Program-made: the position numbers and the translations under genes | Shown here: positions 40,601 through 52,600 of the stretch, one piece after another | Position numbering within the stretch: the first letter of the stretch is position 1 | Layout of the letters: every line of letters starts with the position of its first letter | Source of the DNA: Yuukianura sp. NJ FZ-2021 | Lineage: Eukaryota | Reading direction: 5' to 3' | Assembly (NCBI GenBank): GCA_046563655.1 | Contig: CM102286.1 | Coordinates: 7,998,001 to 8,062,000, forward strand | DNA length: 64,000 nt | The notes under the pieces: model-generated | Databases searched by the model: none | Seen by the model: the letters and a program-made list of their open reading frames with translations, nothing else | What the model was told of the DNA's origin: nothing

Positions 40601-43600
40601 GGAATATTGGAATTATGACAAAAGTACGTGACAAAATGCATGACTACGGGAGGATGACAGTCACAAAATCTGGCAATAAATGACGTCAGGTTTTCCATTG
40701 TTTTTGCCTAAAGGAATTGTAAAACGGAACTCGTACCCATACATGGCCATTGTGGGGGTTATTCCCCACAAATCCTCCCATAGCCACTTCGGTTCCCTTT
40801 CCCCCTTCTTCTCCCCCTTCGTCCTTCCAGCAGCAGCACAACAACAACTCCACGTCCTCACCACCAAAACCACTCGCCCACCAATCAGATGCACGGGAAG
40901 TTGCATCATCCATCACTTGGACACGCATCCCGTCATCATCATCATCACCACTGTCCACTTCTTCCTCCACACAGTCTCTCCCTACTCGTCACTCTGCCCG
41001 GATCTTGTCCCGTCTCTCTCTCCACGTCTCCTCCATCTTGGATTGGCCACTGGACCACGCCGGAACTACTGTTGTGACCCGGACTGACCTCTACAAGCCC
41101 CACCGGACCAGTACCTGGTCAATCCTGCACAGGACCGAGCCCCACCAACCTCTACACTTCATCAATTCAACATTTGGCCCTCATTAGACCGTAAACTCTA
41201 TCCTAATTACTGTAAATAAAGTTCATTGTCCATTTGTAGCCATTGTCGTGACCTCTGCCCCACTTTATTGTTCGAGTGGCCTGTGTGCCAGTCGTCGGGG
41301 CATTGCAACCCCTCAGGTGGGATGCTCAGCCGGGAAACGAGCCACCGTGACCTCACCGCAACCGAATCGTGAATCATGCCACAAGGAGCCCTGTGACCCC
41401 CGTGACCTCTCCAAAAACTAATCAAAATTTTTTTTTTTAATAGCAGTATTTGAAAAAATATTGGTTTCGAAATCATGCTCATTCTTTCTCGATTTTTTTC
41501 AGATCTCCTGAGCGAGCCACCAACCTGCCAGTAGCCAGTAGCCACGAGCCACCATCATCCAAAAAGCCCACGAGGAGCCGACAAAAGCCACAACCGCCAC
41601 GTCACACCCACTCTTCATCTCCACGCTCCAAGTCCACGCTCCAACTCATCACTTCCTGCCTCCACGTCATCTCGTCTTTTCTTCACTGCCTCCTCCGTGC
41701 AGTCACTGACCGATTGAGGCAAGGTCACAAAGGTCAGCCGTTTTCTTTTGGTTATCCCCCCTCCCACTGCGCGAGCGTTTTTTTAACGAAAAGTAGCAGC
41801 CCCGCGTAAAGTTCAAATTCAAAAATCCTAACGTCCCCCTGTTCAAAATTTTTCAAATTTTCAAAAACTTAGCCGTTTTCCTTCAAATTTAAATTTCTTT
41901 TTCAAAAAGCGTAACGCCCCACCCAAACTAAAGTACCCCAGTCTTCCCTGCAAAGGTCAAGAGGCTATTCCACTTTCCCTCCCTTCTGAAATTTTGGTCT
42001 GAAAATTTTTGAAACATAACCTAAATTCGAAAAACGTTAATCCCTACCCAACCCCTGTCAAAATTTTTTCTAAAATTAAAGTAGTTTGAAATTTTTCGGT
42101 TTTCAAAATTTTTTTGAATTGAGCCTGCCCCACCTAGTCCCACCATTGAACAACGTTACCAAATTCACATTTTCCTTACCCCTTAACAGAACTCTGCCCA
42201 AATTTTTCTTGATTTCCGACACTTAGCAGAATTCCGATTTTTGTTTACCCCTACCTAACCTAATCCCCAGAGTCAGCCGATTCTACTGATTTTTCAAGTC
42301 GCACGTAACTGCGATATCCCCCATTCCCCTGAATAGTCGGATTTTCCAGAATTTGGCTAAAAACTATTCCTAATTCCTAAATTACGTTACGTTCTAACTT
42401 TACATTAATTAAATTCAGATTTTCGTCCAAACTTCAAAAATTAAAAGCGGCTTTTCGTCCCAAACCCCTGCCCGATTTTCCCAAAATTCTAAAAACTTAA
42501 AACTTTTCAAGTCGGTGTGCGTTTAGTCAGTGAGTGAGTAGGTACTACCTATTCCCCTGACTTCGCCGATTCTTCAGATAACGCGATTTTACGTCGTGCC
42601 CTCCCCTATTGAAGTTCCCATTCCAATTTTTCGGTTCTTTTTCTGAAAATTAAGCTCAGTAATGCAAATTATTGAGTGGTTTCTTTGGCTCGTCGGTTTC
42701 TTAATGTGGTTTGGCATTGCATCGGTTGGCGTACGACTCGTTTTTCTCGTTCTTCTTGTCCGATTGGTTCTTTATTTTTTCTAAAGTTCTGTTTTGGAGG
42801 AATTTGATTGTAAAATCATAGCCCCTAGACAGTAGCTAATTCTACAAACCCTATTTTTTTCAAATTCCCATTTCTTTCTTTTTCTAGATTTAAGCTTACA
42901 AATATTCATATCCAAAATAAGTTCATATTTAATACATTTTTTGAAGTATTTATAGAAAGTCCCTGCCCAGTCCAGAAAAGCAAGCGATGTACTCCCCATT
43001 CCTTTACATTGTCTTGATCGTTGTGATTGCTACGATTGGTGTCATTGTTCAACGGATTGTCGTTTTCTTTTTGGTCTCTCTTCTCCTACATTTTCTTGAG
43101 TAAAGCTTAAGTGCTGAAAAGCATTTAAGTTATTTTGAAGTCCCTGCAAATGCAAATTTTTTGGTCCTTTCTAAAGACAGTCGTATTTCTCGGCTTAGCA
43201 GCATTCTTCGGGATCTGCTTCATCCTTTTGGTCCTTGAAACTGTGTATCTCATTGCAACATTCCTCTCCCACATTACTTATTCCTGTCTAATAGCGACAT
43301 TTTCGGTTGTTTCTGACTATATCGCCCTCCACATTATCCCAGTCTTCTACTTACGGCAAGCTCCGAGGACTTATCGTTACTTCTTCCGGGTCCTCATTGG
43401 CACCGAGACTTACTACTTCCTAGCCCTAATTGTACGAGTCCTATACTACCACTGGGATTTCTTCGGTCCAATTTACCGGTGGTTGTTCAAAGCATTTGCT
43501 AACGCCCAAGGCTGGTTAGTGTTCGAGTCAGAACCCCGTGTAGACCCGAGACGCCGTCTCTAAGCGATTTCAAAAATGTTGTCGTACTTTGCGAGACCAT

Positions 43601-46600
43601 TTGCCTCTACCCCCCAACAAGATGGACAGTCCCCTCAACATATCTTGTCGCAATCTACAATTCCCATGGATACTGCTACCCAGACTCTTCCTCCTACTCT
43701 CAATTTGTCAACTCAAGGTCAACCTGCTGCAGTTCATTTTGCCCCAACACAAGCCCAATTCGTTCCTACACCCCCCACCCCAGCAAGTACTATTGCTAGC
43801 CCTGCAGCTGTACAAGCTTCCATTCCCCAAATTTTTCGAAATTTCCCCCCACCCGACCCAAGCAAGCAGGACATCAAGATATTCAAACACATTCGACAGT
43901 ACGATGGAATGAGCGATCCTGCTGAATACATGGCCCGATACAAATACGACTTGGGCGGATCAGGCTTTGGTGCATTCGGAGCGCTTAGTCATTTTGACAG
44001 AGTGTTGACGGGTGTTGCTAGTGCCTGGTTTGTTTCCATTTGGCCCCATTTCCGTGAGCAGTTGCAAGTTCCCTACGCAGACGCAGAAAACATTTGGAGC
44101 AAATTTGAAAAAGAATTTGTTTCCCATTTTTCCCTTAAAGAGCGACGGGAGGTTTTCAAAGCTCAGAGTAAAGCTCTGCGGTTCAAAATAGGGGACAACA
44201 TTGATCAGTATGTAGCTGAGAAAATCCAAATTCTTTCCAAACTTGATCCCATGATGCCAGAATCCCGGAAGGTTGAACAATTAGTTCGTGGTCTCCCACA
44301 CGAGCTGGAACAAGCATTTGTCATGCAGAATATCCAGACCCCTTCCGAATTCCAGAAGATCCTGAGACGAGTTGCTGATGTCCATACCCGCTCTAAAGGA
44401 AGTTCCGATCCAATGGTTTCTCTTCGTGGACTTGAAACTCAAATGGCTCCCGCCATTCCAAATGCTAATTTCCCTACAACTGTTCCCTACCAAGTCCAGC
44501 AGTACCAACGCCCTCCTGCTCAAGCCCAACCAGCAGTTCAAACTGCTCCCCAGCCCGATCGCCCTTTCCCTCCACAACAGAATCGTCGTTCTGATGATGG
44601 AAAGCCAATTTGCGATTACTGCAACAATATTGGACATATTGTTCGATACTGTCACAAATGGTGGTGGAGCCAAGGCATTGACCCTTTGACCCGCAACTGT
44701 AGACCACTGCGCCCCCGAAACAATCCTAATAATCAACAACCCCAGCAGCTGGCTAGTTATAGCCAAGCTGTTCAACGTCCCTTCCCTAACGTTGATTCAA
44801 GACCACTACAAACCAGCCCACATCAGCCGCAGTCATTTCAAAATCCACAAACTGGACCACCAGCTCAGGAAAACCAATGGGTTCCTTCGATGATGTCTGC
44901 TTTCTCTACAATGACGGATCTTCTTACAAACATCGCATCCGCCGTACTTCCAAAACCTCCGGAAAACCAATAGAGCTGCCGTTGCAGGGACGTCAGCTTC
45001 TATTACCACCCAATCCAGTCTCTCAAATTAAGGTACAAGCCCCACCCAGGGTTTGTCCAACACGTCCCAAATCCCGAAAAATCAAACAACCTAAATTTCA
45101 AACCCACAAGAATTGTTCAGCTTTTGGCAGGAAGCACAATTCTAAAATTCCCATTATTCCAGAAGAGTTTCTTTCCAAACTACAAGCTCTTTTTGACCAC
45201 CACCGAACTTGTCCTAAATCAAATCCCCAGCCTATTTCACCTTTGGTCGTTGGGGAGGCTACTACAACCTTCCCAAACTTTTGTTCTGACGCTGCAGTCC
45301 CTACAGTCCCTACTTCTCTTCGTAACTCCGCCGCTACTAATCCTACTTCCCTTCTGGGACCTACAACTACAACTACAACCGCCGCCGCTACTACTACTTC
45401 TGTTCTTCCCCCTACTCAACCTACCGCTGCAGTACCAAAGTTTGTTTCTGTTTGTGTTGGCCCTTCTGAACCTTGCCCTTCCGCTTTTGTGTGTGGCCCT
45501 ACTCAACTCAACCCACTAGCCGTTTCTCTCACTTCCAAATTTGGCATTAGCCCCTCCAATGTAAGCCGAGTCGCTGACTGGGTAAATTATTCCGCCCCTG
45601 AGTTCTCAGCTGCAAATTCCAAAGTTCCAGATCCCACTTCTTTCGATTTTGATTCCCCACCTAAGTCCCCAAGTCACGATTCCGAGTTTCCTTCGGGAAT
45701 CTCAGCTGCAAAGTTCATTTCCGGAATTGACTCCACCCCCCATTCTACTTTCCATACCGATGTTGTCTTTGGTTCTACGACTCTTCGAGTCCTGTGTGAT
45801 ACAGGTGCTTCTCTTTGTTGTGTCCACCCTGATTTTCTAAGGAGGTTCCCCAATATTGTTTCCCAAGCGGTTGATGTTCAACCTGTTCGAGTCAAACTTT
45901 CTTTTGGTTCTTACGTTCGTTGTGGTTCCCCCCAAACCACAATGATCACTTTCTCAATTGCTGGCGTCTCTTTCCAATACCCCTTTTACATCTTCCAACA
46001 CCTTTCAAATGAGATCGTTTTGGGCTCAGATTTCCTCCGTTCCCAACATTTTCTTTTGGATCCCGCGAATGAGCGCCTTGTAAAAGGTGAACTCCCGTGT
46101 ACAGACCTCAGAAATGAGTATGTTTGTATTCCAAAATCCCAAGTCCCTGTCCTTAACAAATTAACTTTGTCAGAAACTGAAGAAGTTTCTGATAGTCCCA
46201 GTATTCCAAAGTCTTCGGAAGCAGAACCAAAGTCGATCCCTCCCAAATGTACAGCCAGTCCCAAAAACCAAAACCCTCTAGCTATTGACATGGCTCTGAA
46301 TTCATCTCAGTCCCCAGATACTTCAAATTCCCCTTCCCTACTTGACTCCGAAGCGTCCTTCGTGAGCAATTCGAATTTATCTCAAAATTCTACTCCCCCT
46401 CCGTGCCTGAGACTGGCCAGGTCAATCCTCATTAACCCAAGAACAATGAAACGAGTCAGTGTAAAAACTGATTTACCTTTCACCGGAGACATTTTGGTTT
46501 CCCCTCGTCGTGAGCTCCAACACGCAAAACATATTGCCATTGGGAATTCCATTTCTACGCTTAAAGATGGCAGCGGAGTTACGTTCTTGTGGAATTTGAG

Positions 46601-49600
46601 TGACCGCCCTGTGAAACTTCTTCAAAACATCTCTATTGGCACCTTCGAACCCTTCGCAGAGTCTTCCGTACTCTGTGACCTTGATGAATTCGACCATGTT
46701 AGCTCTAAATCCTCCCAATCTTCCCTCCCAGCGCACGAGATCTTAGGACTTTCGGTTAATGATGACGCTGAAATAGCAACACTGAAACTGCAAAAGAGGA
46801 TCGAGGCGTTCCAGATTTCAAATTCCCTAACCCCTGAACAGCGCCAAATTATGCAAGATTTTCTTGTAGCGAATTTGGATGTTTTCAATTTTGATCCTGC
46901 TACCCTTGGCCGTACTCACCTAACCACCCACAAAATCGACACAGGTTCTGCTAAACCGATTGCTTCCCATCCCCACAGAACCGGATTTACAGAGCGGAGG
47001 GAAATTCAAAACCAAGTCGAGCGTCTTTTGAATCTCAATGCTATTACTCCGAGCGATAGCCCTTGGTGTTCCCCAGTCCTTCTGGTCAAAAAGCCCGACG
47101 AAAGTTGGCGGTTTTGTGTTGACTTTCGTAAGGTCAACGCAGTGACTCGGAAAGATTCTTACCCCCTTCCCCGAATTGATGATACCCTCGACAGACTTAA
47201 TGGCGCCAAGTATTTTTCCTCCATGGATTGTGACCAAGCGTATTACCAGGTTGAAGTGGAGCCTGAGGACCGAGAAAAGACCAGTTTTGTGACCCCCGAC
47301 GGACAATATGAGTTCGTTGTAATGCCCTTTGGTTTGACCAATGCCCCCGCTACTTGGCAACGCCTAATTGACAATGTCTTAGGTCGTTTGAAGTGGTCCA
47401 TAGCACTCGTTTATTTAGACGATGTGGTTTGCTACTCCCGAACTTTTGAAGAGCATTTGGATCACTTAGCCCAAATTTTTTGTGCCCTTAGAAGAGCTGG
47501 TCTGAGTCTTAAACCCAAAAAGTGTAACTTTGGCGAAGATTCCCTAAAATTCCTTGGCCATATTGTTTCCAGAAATGGAATTGCAGTTGACCCCAACAAA
47601 ACAAAAGCAGTTCGTGAATTCCCTACTCCCACGACTGTTAGAGGTGTCCGTTCCTTCATTGGTCTTTGCAGTTACTATCGCCGATTTATCGAGGGTTTTG
47701 CCGAAATTGCCCGTCCCCTTCATCTTCTCGTTGCTGCGAAACGTGGTACCCCTTTTCATTGGACCCCCGAAGCCGAAACAGCGTTTCAGACGCTAAAAGA
47801 CAAATTAACATCTCCCCCTGTCCTTGCGTTCCCTGATGAAGAAGCCGAAACGTCCGTCCATTGTGATGCGTCTGGACTCGGTTTTGGAGCGACCCTTTGC
47901 CAAATTCAGGACGGAAAAGAGAGAGTGGTTGCTTATGCTTCCAGAGCGGTTTCCCCCTCCGAATCAAAATTTGGAACCCCCCAATTGGAAATGAAGGCTT
48001 TTGTTTGGGCTGTAGAGAAATTTCGACCGTATTTATACGGCCGTCATTTTAAAGTTGTCACTGACCACCATTCCCTTTGTGACATGCTAAAATTTAAAGA
48101 CCCCTATGGCCAAATTTCCCGTTGGTCTTTAGCCCTCCAACCTTATGATTTTACCGTAATTCATAAGAGTGGTCGTGTTCACACCGATGCTGATCCCCTT
48201 TCCCGTAACCCAGTTGACCCAGCCCCTCTGACACAGACCATTTGGCCATTGAACATCATCTTCTGGCCTTAGCGGTTTCCCCTGAATCCCCACGAAGAGT
48301 TAGAGATGCAAAACTGAAAGATCTCCAGCTTAAAGAGCCAGAATGGCTTCCTGTCATTGAGTATTTGAAAGCAGAACAATCTGGTACTTCCCATAGTTTG
48401 CCCGAACCCAAGAAATTGAGAGAGCACAGTCTTCGTGATGGCATTTTGTACCGGATGAACTACTCGGAATTTGGAAATCTCTGGCGTCTTTGTCTCCCGA
48501 AATCCCTCCGAAAATCGTCCATGGAATCCGTACATAACGACTCCCTTAGCCACCTCGGCTTACACAAGACTTGGCATCTTCTACGCTCCAGGTTTTATTG
48601 GCCCCGGATGTATCGCGATGTGGTGAAATTTGTCACGTCGTGCCACTTGTGTCAGATCCATAATAGACGGAATTTTGCTCTCCCGCCAAATAGCGCTGGT
48701 CTTGACGTTCCCGCCATTCCATTCCACACCATTGCCCTAGACTACTTAGGCCCATTCCCCGTCACAGCGAGACGTAACAAGTACATTCTGACAGTAATTG
48801 ATCTCCATACCCGTTACGTAGAAGCCTGGCCAGTTCCCGCAGCAGATTCTGCTCAAGCGATTAAAGTACTTAACAAACACGTCCTTTTTCGCCACGGAAT
48901 TCCCAAAATCATTCTGTCAGACCGTGGTACGGTTTTCCTTTCCGACGAATTTGAAGATTTCCTTTCCCTCCACGCCATTGAACACAGATCCACGACTTCC
49001 TATCATCCCAAGTCTAACGGCGTCTGTGAACGACATAACGGCACGGTAAAGTCAGTAATCGCCAAATTCGTAAGTGAAAACCACAAGGATTGGGATCTAC
49101 ATCTCCCCAGGGCGGTATTTTCCATTAATTGTTCAGTACATCGTGTCACTAATTTTTCTCCTTATTTTCTGGTCTTTGGTAGGGAGCCGGTTTTGCCGGT
49201 TGACAGGCTGTTCCCCCTTCCCCGGGAATATTTAGAGCCCGACGATGCCCTGGACCGATTATTTGTTGCGAATAACGTAGCCCACGAGCTATCCCGTGAG
49301 CAGCAGCTTCTCAGAGTTAAGGCCCAATTACAGATCCGTTTCCCGACTTATGTCGTTGGTATGAAAGTTCTGCTCAGGAACTTTCAGCGGAAAAAGGGTC
49401 GTGTCGGCAAATTTACGAAGAAGTGGATTGGCCCTTACAAAGTCATTGACGTCCTCCATAACGGCACTGTTCGAATTACTTCTGTTCCCCCTCGGCAGCC
49501 TCACGAGACTGTCGTGAACGTTCAGCGCCTTAAACCTTATCATCAGCGTGTCTCTGACACGTCTGATGCAGACAGTAGTTCCTCTGAGTCGTCTGATAAC

Positions 49601-52600
49601 GATTTTGTCCCTCCTCCAGTGTCTGACCCTGATTTGTCCTCTACATTACCAAAATTGCCAATTCCGACTGAGCAAAATGACCCTCTTACGCTTCCCGTAA
49701 CGCCAAACCAAAATTCTGACCCCCCTAATGTTGACTTAAATGACCAAAATCAAAGCCGTGACCCAGAAATCCTAATTCCACCAATTTTACTCGCCCAGGA
49801 TACCCTGCATCCCGTTGCGAGTGAAATCCCCGTATTTTGCGCCCCTGCCAGCGTAAAAACCCCGATTTCTAGTCGTCCGAAACGCGCGGCTTACACTAAA
49901 GCTCTGTCTTGCATTTCCCGCCTTGCGAAGCCAAAGAAGCGCTGACTCAGTAATTAAATACTGATGCTGTTCTTTTTATATATTTTTAGATGGACCCCCC
50001 TCACGATGATGACATGATGGACGAAGGAGATGACGCCTCTGAGGGCATTGCCGAGATCGATTTGGCTGCAGAAGATGACCTTTTGAACTCTCCTCCTCAA
50101 AATGATGCTGTTTCTCGGTCTTCTTCATCTTCGTCTTCGTCTCCGTCTCCTACCGTCATTGCTGCTCCAATTTCTACGCCTGCCATTGCACCGATTCCGG
50201 ATGACGACTGGGATATGCCCACTGCTGCTGCTTCCCCTCCAAAATCCCCGAAAAAGCTCAATCGGCAGTTGTTTTCCCCAAGCTCTAGCAGCTTCCAACC
50301 GAATTCCCCCCAAAAGTCACTCCAGGACATGGTTTCGGCTCCTCCTCCAGCGCCACGCCCAAGACTTGCTTCGGTCGTCGTGGTTGTTCCCCCCAAGTCC
50401 CAGGATTCTGCCACGTTTCGTCGTCCTCGTGACCCAGCCCCAAAATCGAAGCTACAGGCTCAGCGTCATGGATCTGCGAAGATTCCCTCGCTTCTGGATT
50501 TGCAGTTTCCAAACGGACCCCCAAAACAACCCCCAGTTGGTCGTTCGCGATCCAGCTCCCCTACAGCTTTGACACGCAAAATGTCAAATGTTTCCTTGTC
50601 CCCAAGAACCCCTAAAAACCCCCAAAACCCTGGACCCAGCACTTCATCAAAATCTGTTCCCCCTGTTCGAGCTCAATTCCGTTCCAATCGGCCTTCTCCA
50701 TACAACGCTCGTCCAGCTCCTCCCCGAAATCGCTCAGCTTCTCCCCAGATTCGGCCACTTTCTCCAAATTCACGTCCAGTTTCTCCAGCCACTTCTTCAA
50801 CTTCACCAATTCCGTCCACTTCAACTTCAATTACCGTTCCTGTCACTTCGGCCGCTTCACAATTCCCATTTTCATCAATTCCCCCCGGATATTTCCCCTA
50901 CTACACCCTTCTCCCGAATTCAGCAACTTCTGTTACCTTCACTTTCAACTCCCCACCAACTCCAATTTTAACCCCTCCCCCAGCTCCAGTAGTTTCAGCT
51001 CCAGCAGCTTCAGCTCCCCCAGCTCCTGTACAAGGACGTTTTCCCCCTGTCCCACCTAATCCACCAGCTCCGAATCGGCAGCAGAGACGTGCTCGTTGGT
51101 GGGCCCTGAACTCGGCCAATGCTCCACCTCCGCCGAGGAAGAATTCCCCAAAACGCCGAGATCCTCCAGCTCCACCAAAATAACCCCCACGTCTTCTTCA
51201 AATGTCGCCGGGACGTCTCCAGGTCGTTGGGGACCTGTGGGGGTTATTCCCCACAAATCCTCCCATAGCCACTTCGGTTCCCTTTCCCCCTTCTTCTCCC
51301 CCTTCGTCCTTCCAGCAGCAGCACAACAACAACTCCACGTCCTCACCACCAAAACCACTCGCCCACCAATCAGATGCACGGGAAGTTGCATCATCCATCA
51401 CTTGGACACGCATCCCGTCATCATCATCATCACCACTGTCCACTTCTTCCTCCACACAGTCTCTCCCTACTCGTCACTCTGCCCGGATCTTGTCCCGTCT
51501 CTCTCTCCACGTCTCCTCCATCTTGGATTGGCCACTGGACCACGCCGGAACTACTGTTGTGACCCGGACTGACCTCTACAAGCCCCACCGGACCAGTACC
51601 TGGTCAATCCTGCACAGGACCGAGCCCCACCAACCTCTACACTTCATCAATTCAACATTTGGCCCTCATTAGACCGTAAACTCTATCCTAATTACTGTAA
51701 ATAAAGTTCATTGTCCATTTGTAGCCATTGTCGTGACCTCTGCCCCACTTTATTGTTCGAGTGGCCTGTGTGCCAGTCGTCGGGGCATTGCAACCCCTCA
51801 CCATGTATCAATCAGTATCATCAAAGTCAGGTTTTTGACGCGATGTTGTAAAACTTTTGACTCATGGCGAAGCGTCAAAGACCGATAAATTGCATTTTCA
51901 CATCACAAGTTCGCACATCTCACACGTATCTATTGCAGATTTGGCAGATAAGATTTGTTAACCGCAGAGTTAGCAAATAAACAAACTAAATTCTATACAA
52001 ACAAAATCGGTCGTTTTACTTTGAACAGTTATTCCGTTAACTACGAAATTGAGGTTTATGGTTTAAGTTCATTGGATCTGATCTGAATATTAAATGAAAA
52101 CCTAAAAGGTCAAAGTTTTGTGACTAATTGTAAGTCGTAGCGATTACTTCGAGACGAATATTTTTGTTTTTTGCGTAATTTTATCAATTTGTTGGCAATG
52201 TCGAGTCAACAAGTCAGAACAGTTAAATCACTTTGAGATAACTAAGGTCATGAGTCATAATTTTTAAATTAAGCTGTAAACAGTAACGACGGAAATCGTG
52301 TAAAAGTGAAAACTAACGTTTGGGTTAGGTTATGCGAGATTTTGCGATTCCACTACGTAGTAAGTAACGAGACAAAGTGAGTAAGAAGGAAAGTTTAATT
52401 AAAGCAGTAGCATGAAATGTGGCTAAAAGGTCCTTTGTATTACTTTAAACTACAACGACATAAAAAGATGAGGAAAACTAATGAAACAAAATGGAAAGTT
52501 GAAGAGGGAAGAGTTGGAGAAAGTAGTTGCAGAAGATTTCTTAGAAGAAAGTGAAAGCAAATTTTCTTTCGCTTAATCAAAAGAAAAAGAAGTTTAGAAG

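Larger units (their letters stand above)
40751..51800 (+). mobile_element. Full-length Ty3/Gypsy (Metaviridae) LTR retrotransposon, 11,050 bp, antisense in RyR coding intron 3
   Basis: Two 565-bp LTRs with TG...CA ends, 4-bp TSD CCAT (40747-40750, 51801-51804), gag, pol in the order PR-RT-RH-IN. Confidence 0.97.

Noticed and set aside
40661..41187. ORFs within the LTR, including a poly-His frame (repeated at 51056-51672)
   Set aside because: Arise from CAT/CAC/CCT low-complexity LTR sequence; several start outside the LTR in one copy, with no domain signal
41450..41809. 119-aa ORF in the retrotransposon leader
   Set aside because: TTG start, low-complexity AGCCAC/CCACG repeats, no supporting features
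49990..51183. ORF3 as an env gene
   Set aside because: No signal peptide, fusion peptide, Cys pattern or transmembrane anchor
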